Of a DNA stretch of 64,000 bases, positions 32,518 to 43,449 are shown piece after piece (within the stretch, counting starts at the first letter, position 1; each line of letters begins with the position of its first letter). The stretch lies in NCBI GenBank assembly GCA_000999715.1, contig LCGL01000001.1:323139-387138 (forward strand), in the 5' to 3' direction. The position numbers and the translations under genes are program-made. Source of the DNA: Candidatus Falkowbacteria bacterium GW2011_GWF2_43_32. Lineage in GTDB: Bacteria > Patescibacteriota > Patescibacteriia > Patescibacteriales > UBA12465. The notes beneath the pieces were generated by a model that was not told the DNA's origin, did no database searches, and was given only the letters and a program-made list of their open reading frames with translations.

Positions 32518-34749
32518 TTATTTATTTTGCGTGTAACCGCAATCCCGATTACTGCATTTTACTTGGCCGCTTTTATCGGTGACCAATAAGGCTTGGCAAT
32601 CCGGACACTTATCGCCGGTCGGTTGCCCCCAATAGGCATTTTTGCATTTCGGATAAGCGGAGCAGGCCCAAAATGCGCCGCGACGACTGAATTTTTTAAC
32701 GATTTTGCCTTCGCCGCAAACCGGACAGTCCACTTCTTTCCCGTCTCCCGGTTGAGCGATATTTTTGATGTTTTTACATTTCGGGTAAGCGGAGCAAGCC
32801 AGGAAAGGCCCGTATTTTCCGGTGCGGACTTTCATGGGCGCACCGCATTTATCGCAAACTTCGCCGGCATATTTTTTTTCCAGTTCCAGAGTTTTGGCGT
32901 CCGGCTCTTTTTTTTCACCGCCGTTTTCGCCGGGCATTTTTTTGATGTTGCGGCAATCCGGAAAAGCGCTGCAGGCCAAAAATTTTCCATAACGTCCGGT
33001 TTTGATAACCATGGCCGCGCCGCATTTATCGCAGATTTCGCTGGATTTTTCTTCAGGCATAATATCTTTTTTATTAATTTCTTCGTATTTGATTTGTAAA
33101 TTATCGTGAAATTCTTTATAAAACTCGCCCATCACCGGTTGCCATTCTTTTTTTCCCGCGGCGATAAGATCCAGATCGTCTTCCAATTTGGCCGTAAATT
33201 CATAATTAACTATTTTGGGAAAATGATTAATCAATAAATCGGTCACGACAAAGGCGATGCTGGTCGGCTTCAATTTTTTATTTTCATCCCGCTCCACGTA
33301 ATTGCGAACGATAATGGTATTGATGGTCGGAGCGTAAGTGGACGGTCGGCCGATGCCGTGTTTTTCCAATTCTTTGACCAAGCCGGCGTCGGAATAACGG
33401 GCCGGCGGATTGGTGGCATGTTGTTCGGCCCGCAAGTCCAACAAAATCAGCGCTTGTTTTTCGGTTAAGACCGGCAATTCTTGCTCTTTGGTTTTTTCCG
33501 GCCAAATTTTCAGATAGCCCGGGAAAATCAAAATTTGTCCGTTGGCACGAAAAATATAAACTTCCTTTTTTATCTGAGCCTTGATATCAATCGTTGTCGC
33601 CGCCAATTTTGCGGGAGCCATTTGACTGGCGATTGCTCTTTGCCAGATTAAACGATATAAGCGTTCTTGATTTTTATCCAGTTTTCCCGCCAGCAATTCC
33701 GGAGTGGTATTGGCCTCGGTCGGTCGAATGGCTTCATGAGCTTCTTGAGCGTTGCGACTTTTGTTTTTAAAGACGCGCCCTTTTTCCGCCGCGTATTCCG
33801 GTCCGAGATTAGTTTTTAACCAAGCGGCCGCTTCCGTCAAAAATTTCGGCGAGAGGTCCAAGGAGTCGGTGCGCATGTAGGTGATGTGGCCTTGCTCGTA
33901 TAATTTTTGCGCCACCATCATTGTTTGTTTGGCGCTGAAGCCCAAATAACGATTGGCCGATTGCTGTAAGGTGGAAGTCGTAAACGGCGCCGCCGGATTT
34001 TTGTTGATTTGTTTTTTGTCTATTTTATCAACGGCGTACTCCGCGCCGGTTAACAATTTTTTTAGACTGTCGGCTTCCGCTTTTTTGATATCCAGCTTAT
34101 TGAAAGTTTTATTTTTTATTTTATAAAGATCGGCCGTGAAAGCGGTTTCTTTTTTGTCGGCCGTAAAATCGGCCGACAGACTCCAGTATTCTTCAACTTT
34201 GAAGTTTTGTATTTCTCGTTCCCGCTCCACGATTAAGCGGGTAGCTACGCTTTGCACTCGTCCGGCCGACAAACCTTTGGCCACTTTTTTCCATAAAAAC
34301 GGAGACAGTTCATAGCCGACCAGGCGGTCCAAAAGGCGTCGGGTTTGTTGAGCATCCACCAAGTTGAGATCAATTTTTCGCGGCGTTTTTAAGGCCGCCA
34401 AAATCGCCTCTTTGGTGATTTCATGGAAGACGATTCTTTTGTTTTTGTTTTCATCCAAGTTCAAGGCTTTCACCAAATGCCAAGCGATCGCCTCGCCTTC
34501 GCGGTCTTCGTCGGAAGCCAAGATAACTTCCGTGGCCTTTTTGGCGGCCGATTTTAAAGCGGCCACGGTTTTTTTTGCCTTGGCGGGGATGATGTATTTC
34601 GGTTCAAAACCGTGTTCAATGTCTATGCCCATCTCGCTTTTCGGCAAATCGCGAATATGACCGAAAGAAGATTCAACCTGGTATTCTTTGCCCAGGAATT
34701 TACCGATGGTTTTCGCCTTAGTCGGCGATTCAACGATGATTAAATTCAT
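32518..34749 (-). CDS. topA: DNA topoisomerase I
   Basis: 743 aa with an N-terminal Toprim domain (MNLIIVESPTKAKTI), active-site region and four C-terminal CxxC...CxxC zinc ribbons. Confidence 0.95.
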   Translation of the reverse strand: MNLIIVESPTKAKTIGKFLGKEYQVESSFGHIRDLPKSEMGIDIEHGFEPKYIIPAKAKKTVAALKSAAKKATEVILASDEDREGEAIAWHLVKALNLDENKNKRIVFHEITKEAILAALKTPRKIDLNLVDAQQTRRLLDRLVGYELSPFLWKKVAKGLSAGRVQSVATRLIVEREREIQNFKVEEYWSLSADFTADKKETAFTADLYKIKNKTFNKLDIKKAEADSLKKLLTGAEYAVDKIDKKQINKNPAAPFTTSTLQQSANRYLGFSAKQTMMVAQKLYEQGHITYMRTDSLDLSPKFLTEAAAWLKTNLGPEYAAEKGRVFKNKSRNAQEAHEAIRPTEANTTPELLAGKLDKNQERLYRLIWQRAIASQMAPAKLAATTIDIKAQIKKEVYIFRANGQILIFPGYLKIWPEKTKEQELPVLTEKQALILLDLRAEQHATNPPARYSDAGLVKELEKHGIGRPSTYAPTINTIIVRNYVERDENKKLKPTSIAFVVTDLLINHFPKIVNYEFTAKLEDDLDLIAAGKKEWQPVMGEFYKEFHDNLQIKYEEINKKDIMPEEKSSEICDKCGAAMVIKTGRYGKFLACSAFPDCRNIKKMPGENGGEKKEPDAKTLELEKKYAGEVCDKCGAPMKVRTGKYGPFLACSAYPKCKNIKNIAQPGDGKEVDCPVCGEGKIVKKFSRRGAFWACSAYPKCKNAYWGQPTGDKCPDCQALLVTDKSGQVKCSNRDCGYTQNK

Positions 34750-34761
34750 ATATTCGGAAAC

Positions 34762-35892
34762 TTAGATTAGTTTATAGCCGAATTCGGCGGAGCTTATCAC
34801 TCCTTTAATCTCCAATATACTTAGTGTACTATTTATCGTCGCGGTGTCAAGTTTGGTGTTTTTTATAATTTCATCCGCGCTCAGTGCTTCCGCCCGCTCT
34901 TCGGCCGATTTCAATAAATTGCAGATTGTCGCTTCGTTTTGATTTTCCGGTTGATAAGAGGAATGAGCCTTTAATTTTTTAGAGGGCGTTGACGCGGATG
35001 ACGTTAATTTAAAAACTTCCAGAATATCGTCGACATTAATGACGGTCTTTGCTCCGGAGCGGATTAAATCGTTCGGTCCGGCGGAAAATTCCGAGAAGAT
35101 ATTTCCCGGAATCGCCAACACTTCCCTATTTTGTTCCAAGGCGTAGGCGGCGGTAATCAGCGCTCCGGATTTGGCTTTTGCTTCCACGACCAAAGTCGCT
35201 TGCGCCAAGCCGGCGATAATGCGGTTGCGTTGCGGGAAGTTTTGTTTGTAGGGAGGCGTGCCGGGCGGGAATTCCGACAGCAAAAGGCCGCCGTTGGCGA
35301 TGATATTTTCCGCCAAACGCCAATTGGCGGACGGATAAATATTTTTAGCATCTAAGCCGGAACCGAGAATCGCCCAGGTCTTCCCTTTCAAGTCTAAAGT
35401 TTTATGATGCGCCAAGGCGTCTATTCCCAGAGCCAAGCCGCTGATAATTTCTATTTCGGCGGCGATCAGCGGCGGCAACAGTTCGGCAATTATTTTTTCC
35501 GCGTAGGCGCTGTGTTGTCGGGAGCCGACGACGGCCAAGCGATTTTTTATTTTTCCCGCAAATTCTTCGGAACAACCTTTATAATATAAAACCGGCGGCG
35601 GCGCGGATATTTCTTTTAACAACGGCGGATATTCCGGATCGTGCCAAGTGATGAAAGAAATATTTTCTTTTTCCAATTCGGTCAGGACGTTTTCTATCCG
35701 CCAATTTCGTCGCCAGGCAATAAATTCGCCGGCTAATTTAGGATTCAAACCGGCTTTTTCCAAAGCAAAACTAGAGGCCGTAAAAGCGTTTTTTAAATCC
35801 GAAAAATAATTTTCTAATCTTTTCGTCGCCATCGGGCCGATTTTTTGGAAACAGTTGAAGGCGAGATAATAATGTTTATTTTCGTAAGTCAT
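34762..35892 (-). CDS. dprA: DNA-processing protein DprA
   Basis: 376 aa with the Rossmann-like DprA core (VVGSR..S.YA, GLA.GID..AH, LSE.PPGT.P....FP.RNRIIAGL). Confidence 0.9.
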   Translation of the reverse strand: MTYENKHYYLAFNCFQKIGPMATKRLENYFSDLKNAFTASSFALEKAGLNPKLAGEFIAWRRNWRIENVLTELEKENISFITWHDPEYPPLLKEISAPPPVLYYKGCSEEFAGKIKNRLAVVGSRQHSAYAEKIIAELLPPLIAAEIEIISGLALGIDALAHHKTLDLKGKTWAILGSGLDAKNIYPSANWRLAENIIANGGLLLSEFPPGTPPYKQNFPQRNRIIAGLAQATLVVEAKAKSGALITAAYALEQNREVLAIPGNIFSEFSAGPNDLIRSGAKTVINVDDILEVFKLTSSASTPSKKLKAHSSYQPENQNEATICNLLKSAEERAEALSADEIIKNTKLDTATINSTLSILEIKGVISSAEFGYKLI

Positions 35893-35962
35893 ATTTTTAT
35901 TTTTAACCGGTTATATTTTGAATAAATAAAATCCCCCTAAGATTTTTAGGGGGATTTTATGA

Positions 35963-36511
35963 TTATTTTAGATTTTTGATGTTCAGTCCGGCGAGTAATT
36001 TTTGCAGGCGTTCTTTTTCTTCCGGGCTAAAAGCGCCGAGGACGAATTTGTCGGGTGGAATGTGGGTTCTCAATAATTCGTTTTTAACGCCGAGGCGAAG
36101 GCGGGTGATTTTTTTGGTTTTCAGATAATCAATGATGGATTGGACGCCGCGATGTCCGGCGCTGGCGGAATCGACAGCCACCTTATAATCGCCCAAATTT
36201 AAATCCAGGTCGTCATGAACGACAATCAGTGTTTCGCTCAAATCGGCATTTTTCTTTTTTATCAAACCGAAATTTTTTGGTAAAAGTTTGTAATAGTTGA
36301 GAATTTTTTGTACTGCCATGCCGGAGTTATTCATGAAGGTCAGCGGTTTGACGAATAAAAACTCGCCGCTTTCATGAAGTAAAGCGTTGAATTTTTTGTT
36401 TTCCGACCAATTAACGTCGCCTAGCCAGTTATCCAGGGCTAGCCAGCCGGCGTTATGGCGCGTATTTTTGTATCGTTCCCCGGGATTGCCCAGGCCGACT
36501 ACGATTTGCAT
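35963..36511 (-). CDS. pth: peptidyl-tRNA hydrolase
   Basis: 182 aa with VGLGNPG..Y..TRHN.G at the N-terminus. Confidence 0.9.
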   Translation of the reverse strand: MQIVVGLGNPGERYKNTRHNAGWLALDNWLGDVNWSENKKFNALLHESGEFLFVKPLTFMNNSGMAVQKILNYYKLLPKNFGLIKKKNADLSETLIVVHDDLDLNLGDYKVAVDSASAGHRGVQSIIDYLKTKKITRLRLGVKNELLRTHIPPDKFVLGAFSPEEKERLQKLLAGLNIKNLK

Positions 36512-36512
36512 A

Positions 36513-37988
36513 TTATTTTTTATTTTTTATTTTCTTGGGACGAGAGGGCTCGTTATAGGTTGTATGCGATTTTTTATTCTTAGTGACGCGAATGCTCAGA
36601 GGTGTGCCGATAAATCCGTGTCGTTCGCGTAAACGATTTTCCAAGAAACGCACGTAAGAAAAATGCAAATTATCGTTGGGCCCGATACGCAGAACAAAAG
36701 AAGGCGGATTATTTTTGGTTTGGCGGAATTCGTAAATGTGCGGAGCCTTCAATCCCTTGCCTTTGGCCGGTTTATGAATTTTTACCACATGTTTGAGAAA
36801 CTTCTCCGTTTGCGAATCGCTCAATAATAATTGTCGTTGAGTGGCCACGGCGATAATCGACTCCAGAATTTTATTGACCTTTTCTCCGGTTTTGGCGGAA
36901 ATGAATTGAGTCGGCGCCCAAGTGGCGAAAGGTAATTTATCATACAAAATAGCTGCCCATTTTTTGGTGTCGCGTCCTTCCACCAAATCCCATTTGTTGG
37001 CGATGAATATCAAGCTCTTCTGGCGATCAACGATTTCTTGCACCAACTTGGCGTCTTGATGAGTTAAGGGCTCGCTGATATCCATCACTAATAGAGCAAT
37101 GTCCGCTTTTTCCAAAGATTTTAAAGATTTGACGATCCCGTCTTTTTCAAAACCGGTGACATTGCGGCTATGTCGGGCGATGCCCGCAGTATCCACCAAA
37201 GTAATTTTTTTGTCTTGATAAGTTATTTCCGTATTTTGCGGTTCTCTGGTCGTATGCGGCACCGGACTGACAATAACGCGCTCATAGCCGAGAATAGCAT
37301 TCAATAAAGATGATTTGCCGACATTCGGTTTGCCGATCAGACAGGCGGAAATTCCTTTATCCGGATTAACGATTATTTCTTCATCTGAATTTGTGTTTTT
37401 ATTGGCCGGTTTTGATATGTTTTTTCTTTTGGCCAGTTTTTCGGTAATTAAATCCAAAAGATCGCCGGTACCCAAACCGCTGGCCGCCGAAATGATTATC
37501 GGGTCGCCCAGGCCAAGGCGATGAAAAGGAGCCGCTTCTCCGGCGGTCCGGAAACTGTCAACTTTGTTGGCCACCAATAATACCTTTTCTCGATATTTCG
37601 GATTTTTCTTTAGCTCCGCCGCCAATTTCTTGTCTTCCGACAAGAGACCGGCTTTGGCGTCCACGATAAATAAAATCAAGGCCGCTTCCCATAGATAGGA
37701 ACGGGCTTGTTTTTGTGTTTGGCTGTCGATATCTTCGCCCGAAATTTTTTTATCGGTCAGAATTTGCGAATCCAACAATCCGGCAGTATCCACCAATTCA
37801 AAGGATTGTCTCGCCCATTCCACGAAGCCCAGGTTACTGTCCCGCGTCGTGCCGGCGATATCGGAAATCAGCGCCTGTTTTTTTTCCGTCAGACAATTAA
37901 AAAGAGTGGACTTGCCGACGTTGGTTCGTCCGCAAATGGCCACCAGCGGCAATTCTTGATTTATTTTTTTCCGAAGGTTTTTAGTCAT
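36513..37988 (-). CDS. der: ribosome-associated GTPase Der/EngA (two GTPase domains plus KH-like domain)
   Basis: 491 aa with two P-loops (GRTNVGKST and GKPNVGKSS), DTAG motifs and NKxD motifs. Confidence 0.9.
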   Translation of the reverse strand: MTKNLRKKINQELPLVAICGRTNVGKSTLFNCLTEKKQALISDIAGTTRDSNLGFVEWARQSFELVDTAGLLDSQILTDKKISGEDIDSQTQKQARSYLWEAALILFIVDAKAGLLSEDKKLAAELKKNPKYREKVLLVANKVDSFRTAGEAAPFHRLGLGDPIIISAASGLGTGDLLDLITEKLAKRKNISKPANKNTNSDEEIIVNPDKGISACLIGKPNVGKSSLLNAILGYERVIVSPVPHTTREPQNTEITYQDKKITLVDTAGIARHSRNVTGFEKDGIVKSLKSLEKADIALLVMDISEPLTHQDAKLVQEIVDRQKSLIFIANKWDLVEGRDTKKWAAILYDKLPFATWAPTQFISAKTGEKVNKILESIIAVATQRQLLLSDSQTEKFLKHVVKIHKPAKGKGLKAPHIYEFRQTKNNPPSFVLRIGPNDNLHFSYVRFLENRLRERHGFIGTPLSIRVTKNKKSHTTYNEPSRPKKIKNKK

Positions 37989-38004
37989 GTTGATGTTATT
38001 TCGT

Positions 38005-39459
38005 TTATTCGGCGTTGGCGCCCAGGATGAGCAGAAAATCCGCCTGATAAGTTTCGTTGATTTTATAATTTTGAATCCATTCCGGAGAATCGAAAGATTG
38101 ATTGGCGCCGGTTATTCTTTTTAACGCTTCCAAGGATTCGTTTTTCTTGCCGTAGGTCAGGTCATAGAAAGTGGTTTGCGAAAAGTCTCTTAAGGGAGCA
38201 TTGCCAACCTCCACAACATTAAATTTTGATAAAGTCAGTTGACTGGCGCTTTTAGTGGCCAGGCCGGTAATCCAGGTACCGTTGAGAACGATAATTTTGG
38301 CGTTGTCGTTGATAGTTTCTCGCGGTTCGGAAGATTTTTGTTCCAGCGGCGCGGCGGAAAAAATATTACGCACCAGATTTTTTATTTCCGCAAAATTGCC
38401 GGAACGGGGCACCAGAATGTAAGCGCCGTCTTCGCCTTGGCCGGCCACCAATAAACCGTCGGGAGCGTCGCTTAACACTTTATTGATAATTTGATCGCGG
38501 TTGATGTCCTTGAACAAATCCCAAAGCCGCAATATTTCCCAGGCGCTCAGATTGGTGGAAATGTTTTTGTTGAATTCATTGATTAATTTGGCGATGATAG
38601 TGGGGTTGAGCAGAATTTTGCTGGAAAGAATTTTATTTTTTATCGCCTCAAGTACCAATTGTTGTCGACGGGAACGCGCGAAATCGGAACCTTCCGAGCT
38701 GAGAGCGTGACGACTGCGCGCATATTTCAGAGCTAAAGAGCCGTCCATATTTTGTACCCCTTTATCAATATGCAGATGTTCAAAGCGTGCATAGTAATTG
38801 GGATTATCTTCTTGGCCGAAAATCGGATAAGTATAATCATCCAAAGTATTTTCTACATTGACTTCAATGCCGCCCAGTTCGTCTATAATTTTGGCGAAAC
38901 CGCTGAAATCGACTCGAACATAATAAGTAATCGGAGTCTCCAATAGTTCGCTTATTGCTCGAGTGGTTGCCTCGCCGCCACTGCCTTGGTTTTTTTGTTC
39001 GGCATAAGCATTGATGCTGTTTATTTTTCTCCAGCCGTTGACCGGCGAAACCAAATCGCGCGGCAGAGATATCATGGCCACTTGTTTGGTGGATGGTTTC
39101 AGACTGGCAAGGATTATCGTGTCGGTTAAGTAGGCGCCTTCGTGCCCCTCTCCGCCCATGCCTAATAATAAAATATTGATTTGATCTTCGTCCTCGCCGG
39201 CCAAAAGTTTATCGTGACTGGTAATCAGATGTTTTATTTTGCCGAAGAAAGTGTCTTCCGGAAACCAATTGGTTGCATTTTGACTGGATACTAAAATTCG
39301 TCCGGAAAAAATTAGCGCCACGACAACAATCGCGATGGTATAGGTGATAAATCTTTTTCTTTTTTTATTATTAATAATGAGCTCCGGTTGCTCCCAAGTC
39401 AGAGAAGCTCGGTTGGCATGACGCTCCTCCTCTTCTATTTGTTTTTTAAAATCAATCAT
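38005..39459 (-). CDS. LytR-CpsA-Psr (LCP) family cell-envelope phosphotransferase with a C-terminal LytR_C-like domain
   Basis: 484 aa with an N-terminal TM segment. LCP core motifs are NILLLG.D..., DTIILAS, SLPRD and RSR...S.GSDF.R..RQQ. Confidence 0.8.
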   Translation of the reverse strand: MIDFKKQIEEEERHANRASLTWEQPELIINNKKRKRFITYTIAIVVVALIFSGRILVSSQNATNWFPEDTFFGKIKHLITSHDKLLAGEDEDQINILLLGMGGEGHEGAYLTDTIILASLKPSTKQVAMISLPRDLVSPVNGWRKINSINAYAEQKNQGSGGEATTRAISELLETPITYYVRVDFSGFAKIIDELGGIEVNVENTLDDYTYPIFGQEDNPNYYARFEHLHIDKGVQNMDGSLALKYARSRHALSSEGSDFARSRRQQLVLEAIKNKILSSKILLNPTIIAKLINEFNKNISTNLSAWEILRLWDLFKDINRDQIINKVLSDAPDGLLVAGQGEDGAYILVPRSGNFAEIKNLVRNIFSAAPLEQKSSEPRETINDNAKIIVLNGTWITGLATKSASQLTLSKFNVVEVGNAPLRDFSQTTFYDLTYGKKNESLEALKRITGANQSFDSPEWIQNYKINETYQADFLLILGANAE

Positions 39460-39522
39460 AAGAATACTAACGATGATAGAGTCGTTTCTGGGCTTGTCAT
39501 CCAGAACGTTTAAAGTTTATTG

Positions 39523-39593
39523 TCGGGCCGCCGGGAATTGAACCCGGGTCACACGCACCCGAAGCGTGTATAATGCCGTTATACCACGGCCCG
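39523..39593 (-). tRNA. tRNA-Pro (anticodon CGG)
   Basis: Acceptor CGGGCCG/CGGCCCG+A, anticodon stem CACGC/GCGTG, loop TTCGGGT, T-loop TTCAATT. Confidence 0.75.
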
Positions 39594-39601
39594 ATTTATT
39601 A

Positions 39602-39700
39602 GTGGACTTGAGGGGACTTTCGCGCTCGTTCGCCGCTTGTTCGAGTTCCTTTCGATCAGTCAATAAATTATTCAGACAAAGCCTGAATAATTTATTGATG
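39602..39700 (-). repeat. tRNA-Ala(CGC) trailer module: hairpin, inverted T-arm copy, GC-rich spacer, 17-bp repeat of the tRNA 3' end
   Basis: gtggacttgaggggact occurs at 39602-39618 and at 39700-39716 in the tRNA (17/17). A 16-bp-stem hairpin is at 39661-39697. gttcgagttcc (39639-39649) is an inverted T-arm copy with 1 mismatch. The spacer is ttcgcgctcgttcgccgctt. Confidence 0.85.
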
Positions 39701-39773
39701 TGGACTTGAGGGGACTCGAACCCCTTACCTCTGCAATGCGAATGCAGCGCTCTACCAGATGAGCTACAAGCCC
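39701..39773 (-). tRNA. tRNA-Ala (anticodon CGC)
   Basis: Acceptor GGGCTTG/CAAGTCC with G3:U70, anticodon stem CTGCA/TGCAG, loop TTCGCAT. Confidence 0.85.
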
Positions 39774-39862
39774 TTGTGGAGTTTAAATTAGCCTGGATTC
39801 GTCATTCCCCATCCACTATCCGTTATTTGTCGCTGACGGAGGCGGAGAATCAAGACCATTTG

Positions 39863-39933
39863 TCGGGCTGCCCGGAATCGAACCGAGGCTACATGCACCC
39901 CATGCACGCGTACTACCATTATACTACAGCCCG
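39863..39933 (-). tRNA. tRNA-Pro (anticodon GGG)
   Basis: Acceptor CGGGCTG/CAGCCCG+A, anticodon stem CGTGC/GCATG, loop ATGGGGT, T-loop TTCGATT. Confidence 0.7.
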
Positions 39934-40091
39934 GGTTAAGGAAAAAGAATCAATAAAAAAAGGCTGGCGACCCTTTATCTCATATTAACATAAAACTCTA
40001 ATTTTTCAAGGTGTGTTTTTAATGCGATTTACCGCTTATTTTAACAATATCTTGACAAAAATATTAGGATAAGTAAATATGTCTCATAGGT

Positions 40092-40372
40092 GGGGCGCGA
40101 GTTAGTTCTAAAGTTCAGTAGATACGTGCAGAACTTTAATGTTCAAGCCTTAAAAAGCTAGTTAGTTCTACTGCAAAAGAATAGTCTGACTGATGTGATT
40201 ATATTTGTGAATTTCTGAGGCTAGCGACCTCGGTGCTCCGTTTAGTATAATCGTTTCTATTGTTGATAAGTCGGCAACATCCCGGACCGTACCAGTCTTT
40301 GGCCGTATCGACGAAAAGGAACAGCACAGTCAAGAAAGGTTGGAGGGTTCGAATCTCTTCCGGTTCGCCCCA
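40092..40372 (+). ncRNA. tmRNA-like RNA (ssrA candidate) with a tRNA-like 3' end
   Basis: The promoter is TTGACA (40052-40057), 16-nt spacer, TAAATA. The 5' GGGGCG pairs with the 3' CGCCCC-A. A GGTTCGAATC T-loop lies near the 3' end. A strong terminator is at 40398-40428. The RNA is about 281 nt and sits beside tRNA genes. Caveats: position 3:70 reads G:C rather than G:U, there are extra nucleotides between the T-stem and the acceptor, and I could not assign a tag ORF with confidence. Confidence 0.45.
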
Positions 40373-40484
40373 CATTTTTGTTCTTTCATCTAAATCAGGG
40401 CCCGCTTATATCAAAAGCGGGCCTTTTTATTAATTTGCTAAAAACGGCCGATTAAATTACAATATTGATATAAAATAAAATTAT

Positions 40485-41474
40485 ATGCCAGCGCAAAAAA
40501 TCATTTTTTCCGGTATCCAGCCTAGTGGCCGTCTTAATATCGGCAACTACATCGGAGCGATTTCTCAATGGGTGGAAATGCAAAAAAATTATAATTGCAT
40601 TTTTTCCGTGGTCGATTATCACGCCATTACCGTCAAACAGGATCCCGAGGAATTAAGAAAAAGAATTATTGAAGTCACTAAAATTTATTTGGCCGCCGGA
40701 ATTGATCCGGAAAAATCTGTTATTTTTCAGCAATCCGCCATCCCGGCTCATACCGAGTTGGCTTGGATTTTTAATTGTTACGGAACGCATATCGCCGATT
40801 TGAATAAGATGACGCAGTTTAAGGATAAGTCCGGCAAAAATCAAGAATCGGTTAGTGTCGGTCTTTACGACTACCCCGTGTTGATGGCCGCCGACATCTT
40901 GTTATACGATACCGATATTGTTCCGGTCGGAGAAGATCAAGTTCAACACGTGGAATTGGCTCGCGATATCGCTCGTCGTTTCAATAATGAATTCGGCGAA
41001 ACTTTTAAAATACCGCAATCGGTAATACGTAAAGAAGGCGCGCGAATTATGTCTTTGCTTGATCCGGCTAAGAAAATGAGCAAGAGCGATGTTAATCAGA
41101 ATAATTGCCTTGCCTTATTGGATGCGCCGGAAGTTGCCAGGAAGAAAATTATGCGCGCCGTGACCGATTCCGGCTCGGAAATCAGTTATGATCTTAAGAA
41201 TAAACCGGCGTTAGCGAATCTCTTGACGATTTATGCTCAGCTGGGCAATCGCGAAATAAAAAGATTGGTGAAAGATAATTCCGGACGAGGATATGGTGAT
41301 TTTAAAAAAGACTTGGCCGATGTGGTTGTTAAATTTTTAGAAGATTTTCAGAAGAAATATAATAAGATTTCCGATAATGATGTTAAAACGATTTTAGAAA
41401 ACGGGCGTCAGAGAGCGGAAGAGATTGCGCAAGTAAAATTGGAACAAGTTAGAAAATTAATTGGGGTGAGATAA
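40485..41474 (+). CDS. trpS: tryptophanyl-tRNA synthetase
   Basis: 329 aa with class I motifs: GIQPSG.L.IGNY (HIGH-like) and KMSKS. Confidence 0.95.
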   Translation: MPAQKIIFSGIQPSGRLNIGNYIGAISQWVEMQKNYNCIFSVVDYHAITVKQDPEELRKRIIEVTKIYLAAGIDPEKSVIFQQSAIPAHTELAWIFNCYGTHIADLNKMTQFKDKSGKNQESVSVGLYDYPVLMAADILLYDTDIVPVGEDQVQHVELARDIARRFNNEFGETFKIPQSVIRKEGARIMSLLDPAKKMSKSDVNQNNCLALLDAPEVARKKIMRAVTDSGSEISYDLKNKPALANLLTIYAQLGNREIKRLVKDNSGRGYGDFKKDLADVVVKFLEDFQKKYNKISDNDVKTILENGRQRAEEIAQVKLEQVRKLIGVR

Positions 41475-41494
41475 TCAATTAGTATAAGATAATC

Positions 41495-41522
41495 AAAAAA
41501 CCGCTAAAATAAGCGGTTTTTT
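41495..41522. terminator. bidirectional terminator shared by trpS and the 16S rRNA transcript
   Basis: AAAAAA-CCGC-TAAAATAA-GCGG-TTTTTT. Confidence 0.6.
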
Positions 41523-41657
41523 GTATAGTCAATCATGAAATGAATTTTGAGTCTAATCGGCACCAATTCGTTGTTGTCTTGCGACAACCACTCCGACAGC
41601 TAAGTCAGAGGCGACTGATTCTTCTTTCCACGTGGAAAAGAAGAATTTTTCTCCCTA

Positions 41658-43065
<1,408 letters not shown>

Positions 43066-43286
43066 TGATTGACTCTGTTTGAAAGCTTACGCTTTCTATA
43101 TAGATTCCGTTTTTAGAAACGGACAAAATTTATTCTTACCGAATTGATGCCGATTAGCATCAAAATTAAACCATCACCATGATTGTTTGTTATAGAATTT
43201 TTAAGGTTCCAAATAGACAGAAAAAAACAGAGATATAAAATATATCTTGTTTTTATTGAAATATTCCGTTTATTTTTAATAACCTT

Positions 43287-43315
43287 ATTTTATATTAATT
43301 AAAAAGAGCTGTCAA
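43287..43315 (-). promoter_or_regulatory. 16S rRNA promoter
   Basis: Minus strand: TTGACA (43315-43310), 17-nt spacer, TAAAAT (43292-43287). Leader 43161-43140 is complementary (about 19/22) to trailer 41575-41554, which would form a processing stem. Confidence 0.6.
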
Positions 43316-43339
43316 GAGGCGCAGATCTTTCGTTTTAAA

Positions 43340-43368
43340 TTGACTTTTCGGTATTTTTAAGATATAAA
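43340..43368 (+). promoter_or_regulatory. infC-rpmI-rplT promoter
   Basis: TTGACT (43340-43345), 17-nt spacer, TATAAA (43363-43368). Confidence 0.55.
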
Positions 43369-43449
43369 TATATTTAAGCTAGTTATTGTAAAAAAAATCA
43401 TCATTAAGCGGTTGCGGGTTCGGTTATTGAAATACTTATTATAAAAACC

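Noticed and set aside
39776-39862. A possible fifth trailer module behind tRNA-Pro(GGG) (CAGCGACAAAT versus the tRNA end CAGCCCGACAAAT; GGGGAATGACGAATCCAGG versus the inverted T-arm)
   Set aside because: The matches are short, contain indels, and occur in a different order from the four clear loci. This is too degenerate to call without statistics.
39776-39988. 70-aa ORF on the plus strand
   Set aside because: It overlaps tRNA-Pro(GGG) and the tRNA-Ala 5' flank on the opposite strand, and has no expression signals.
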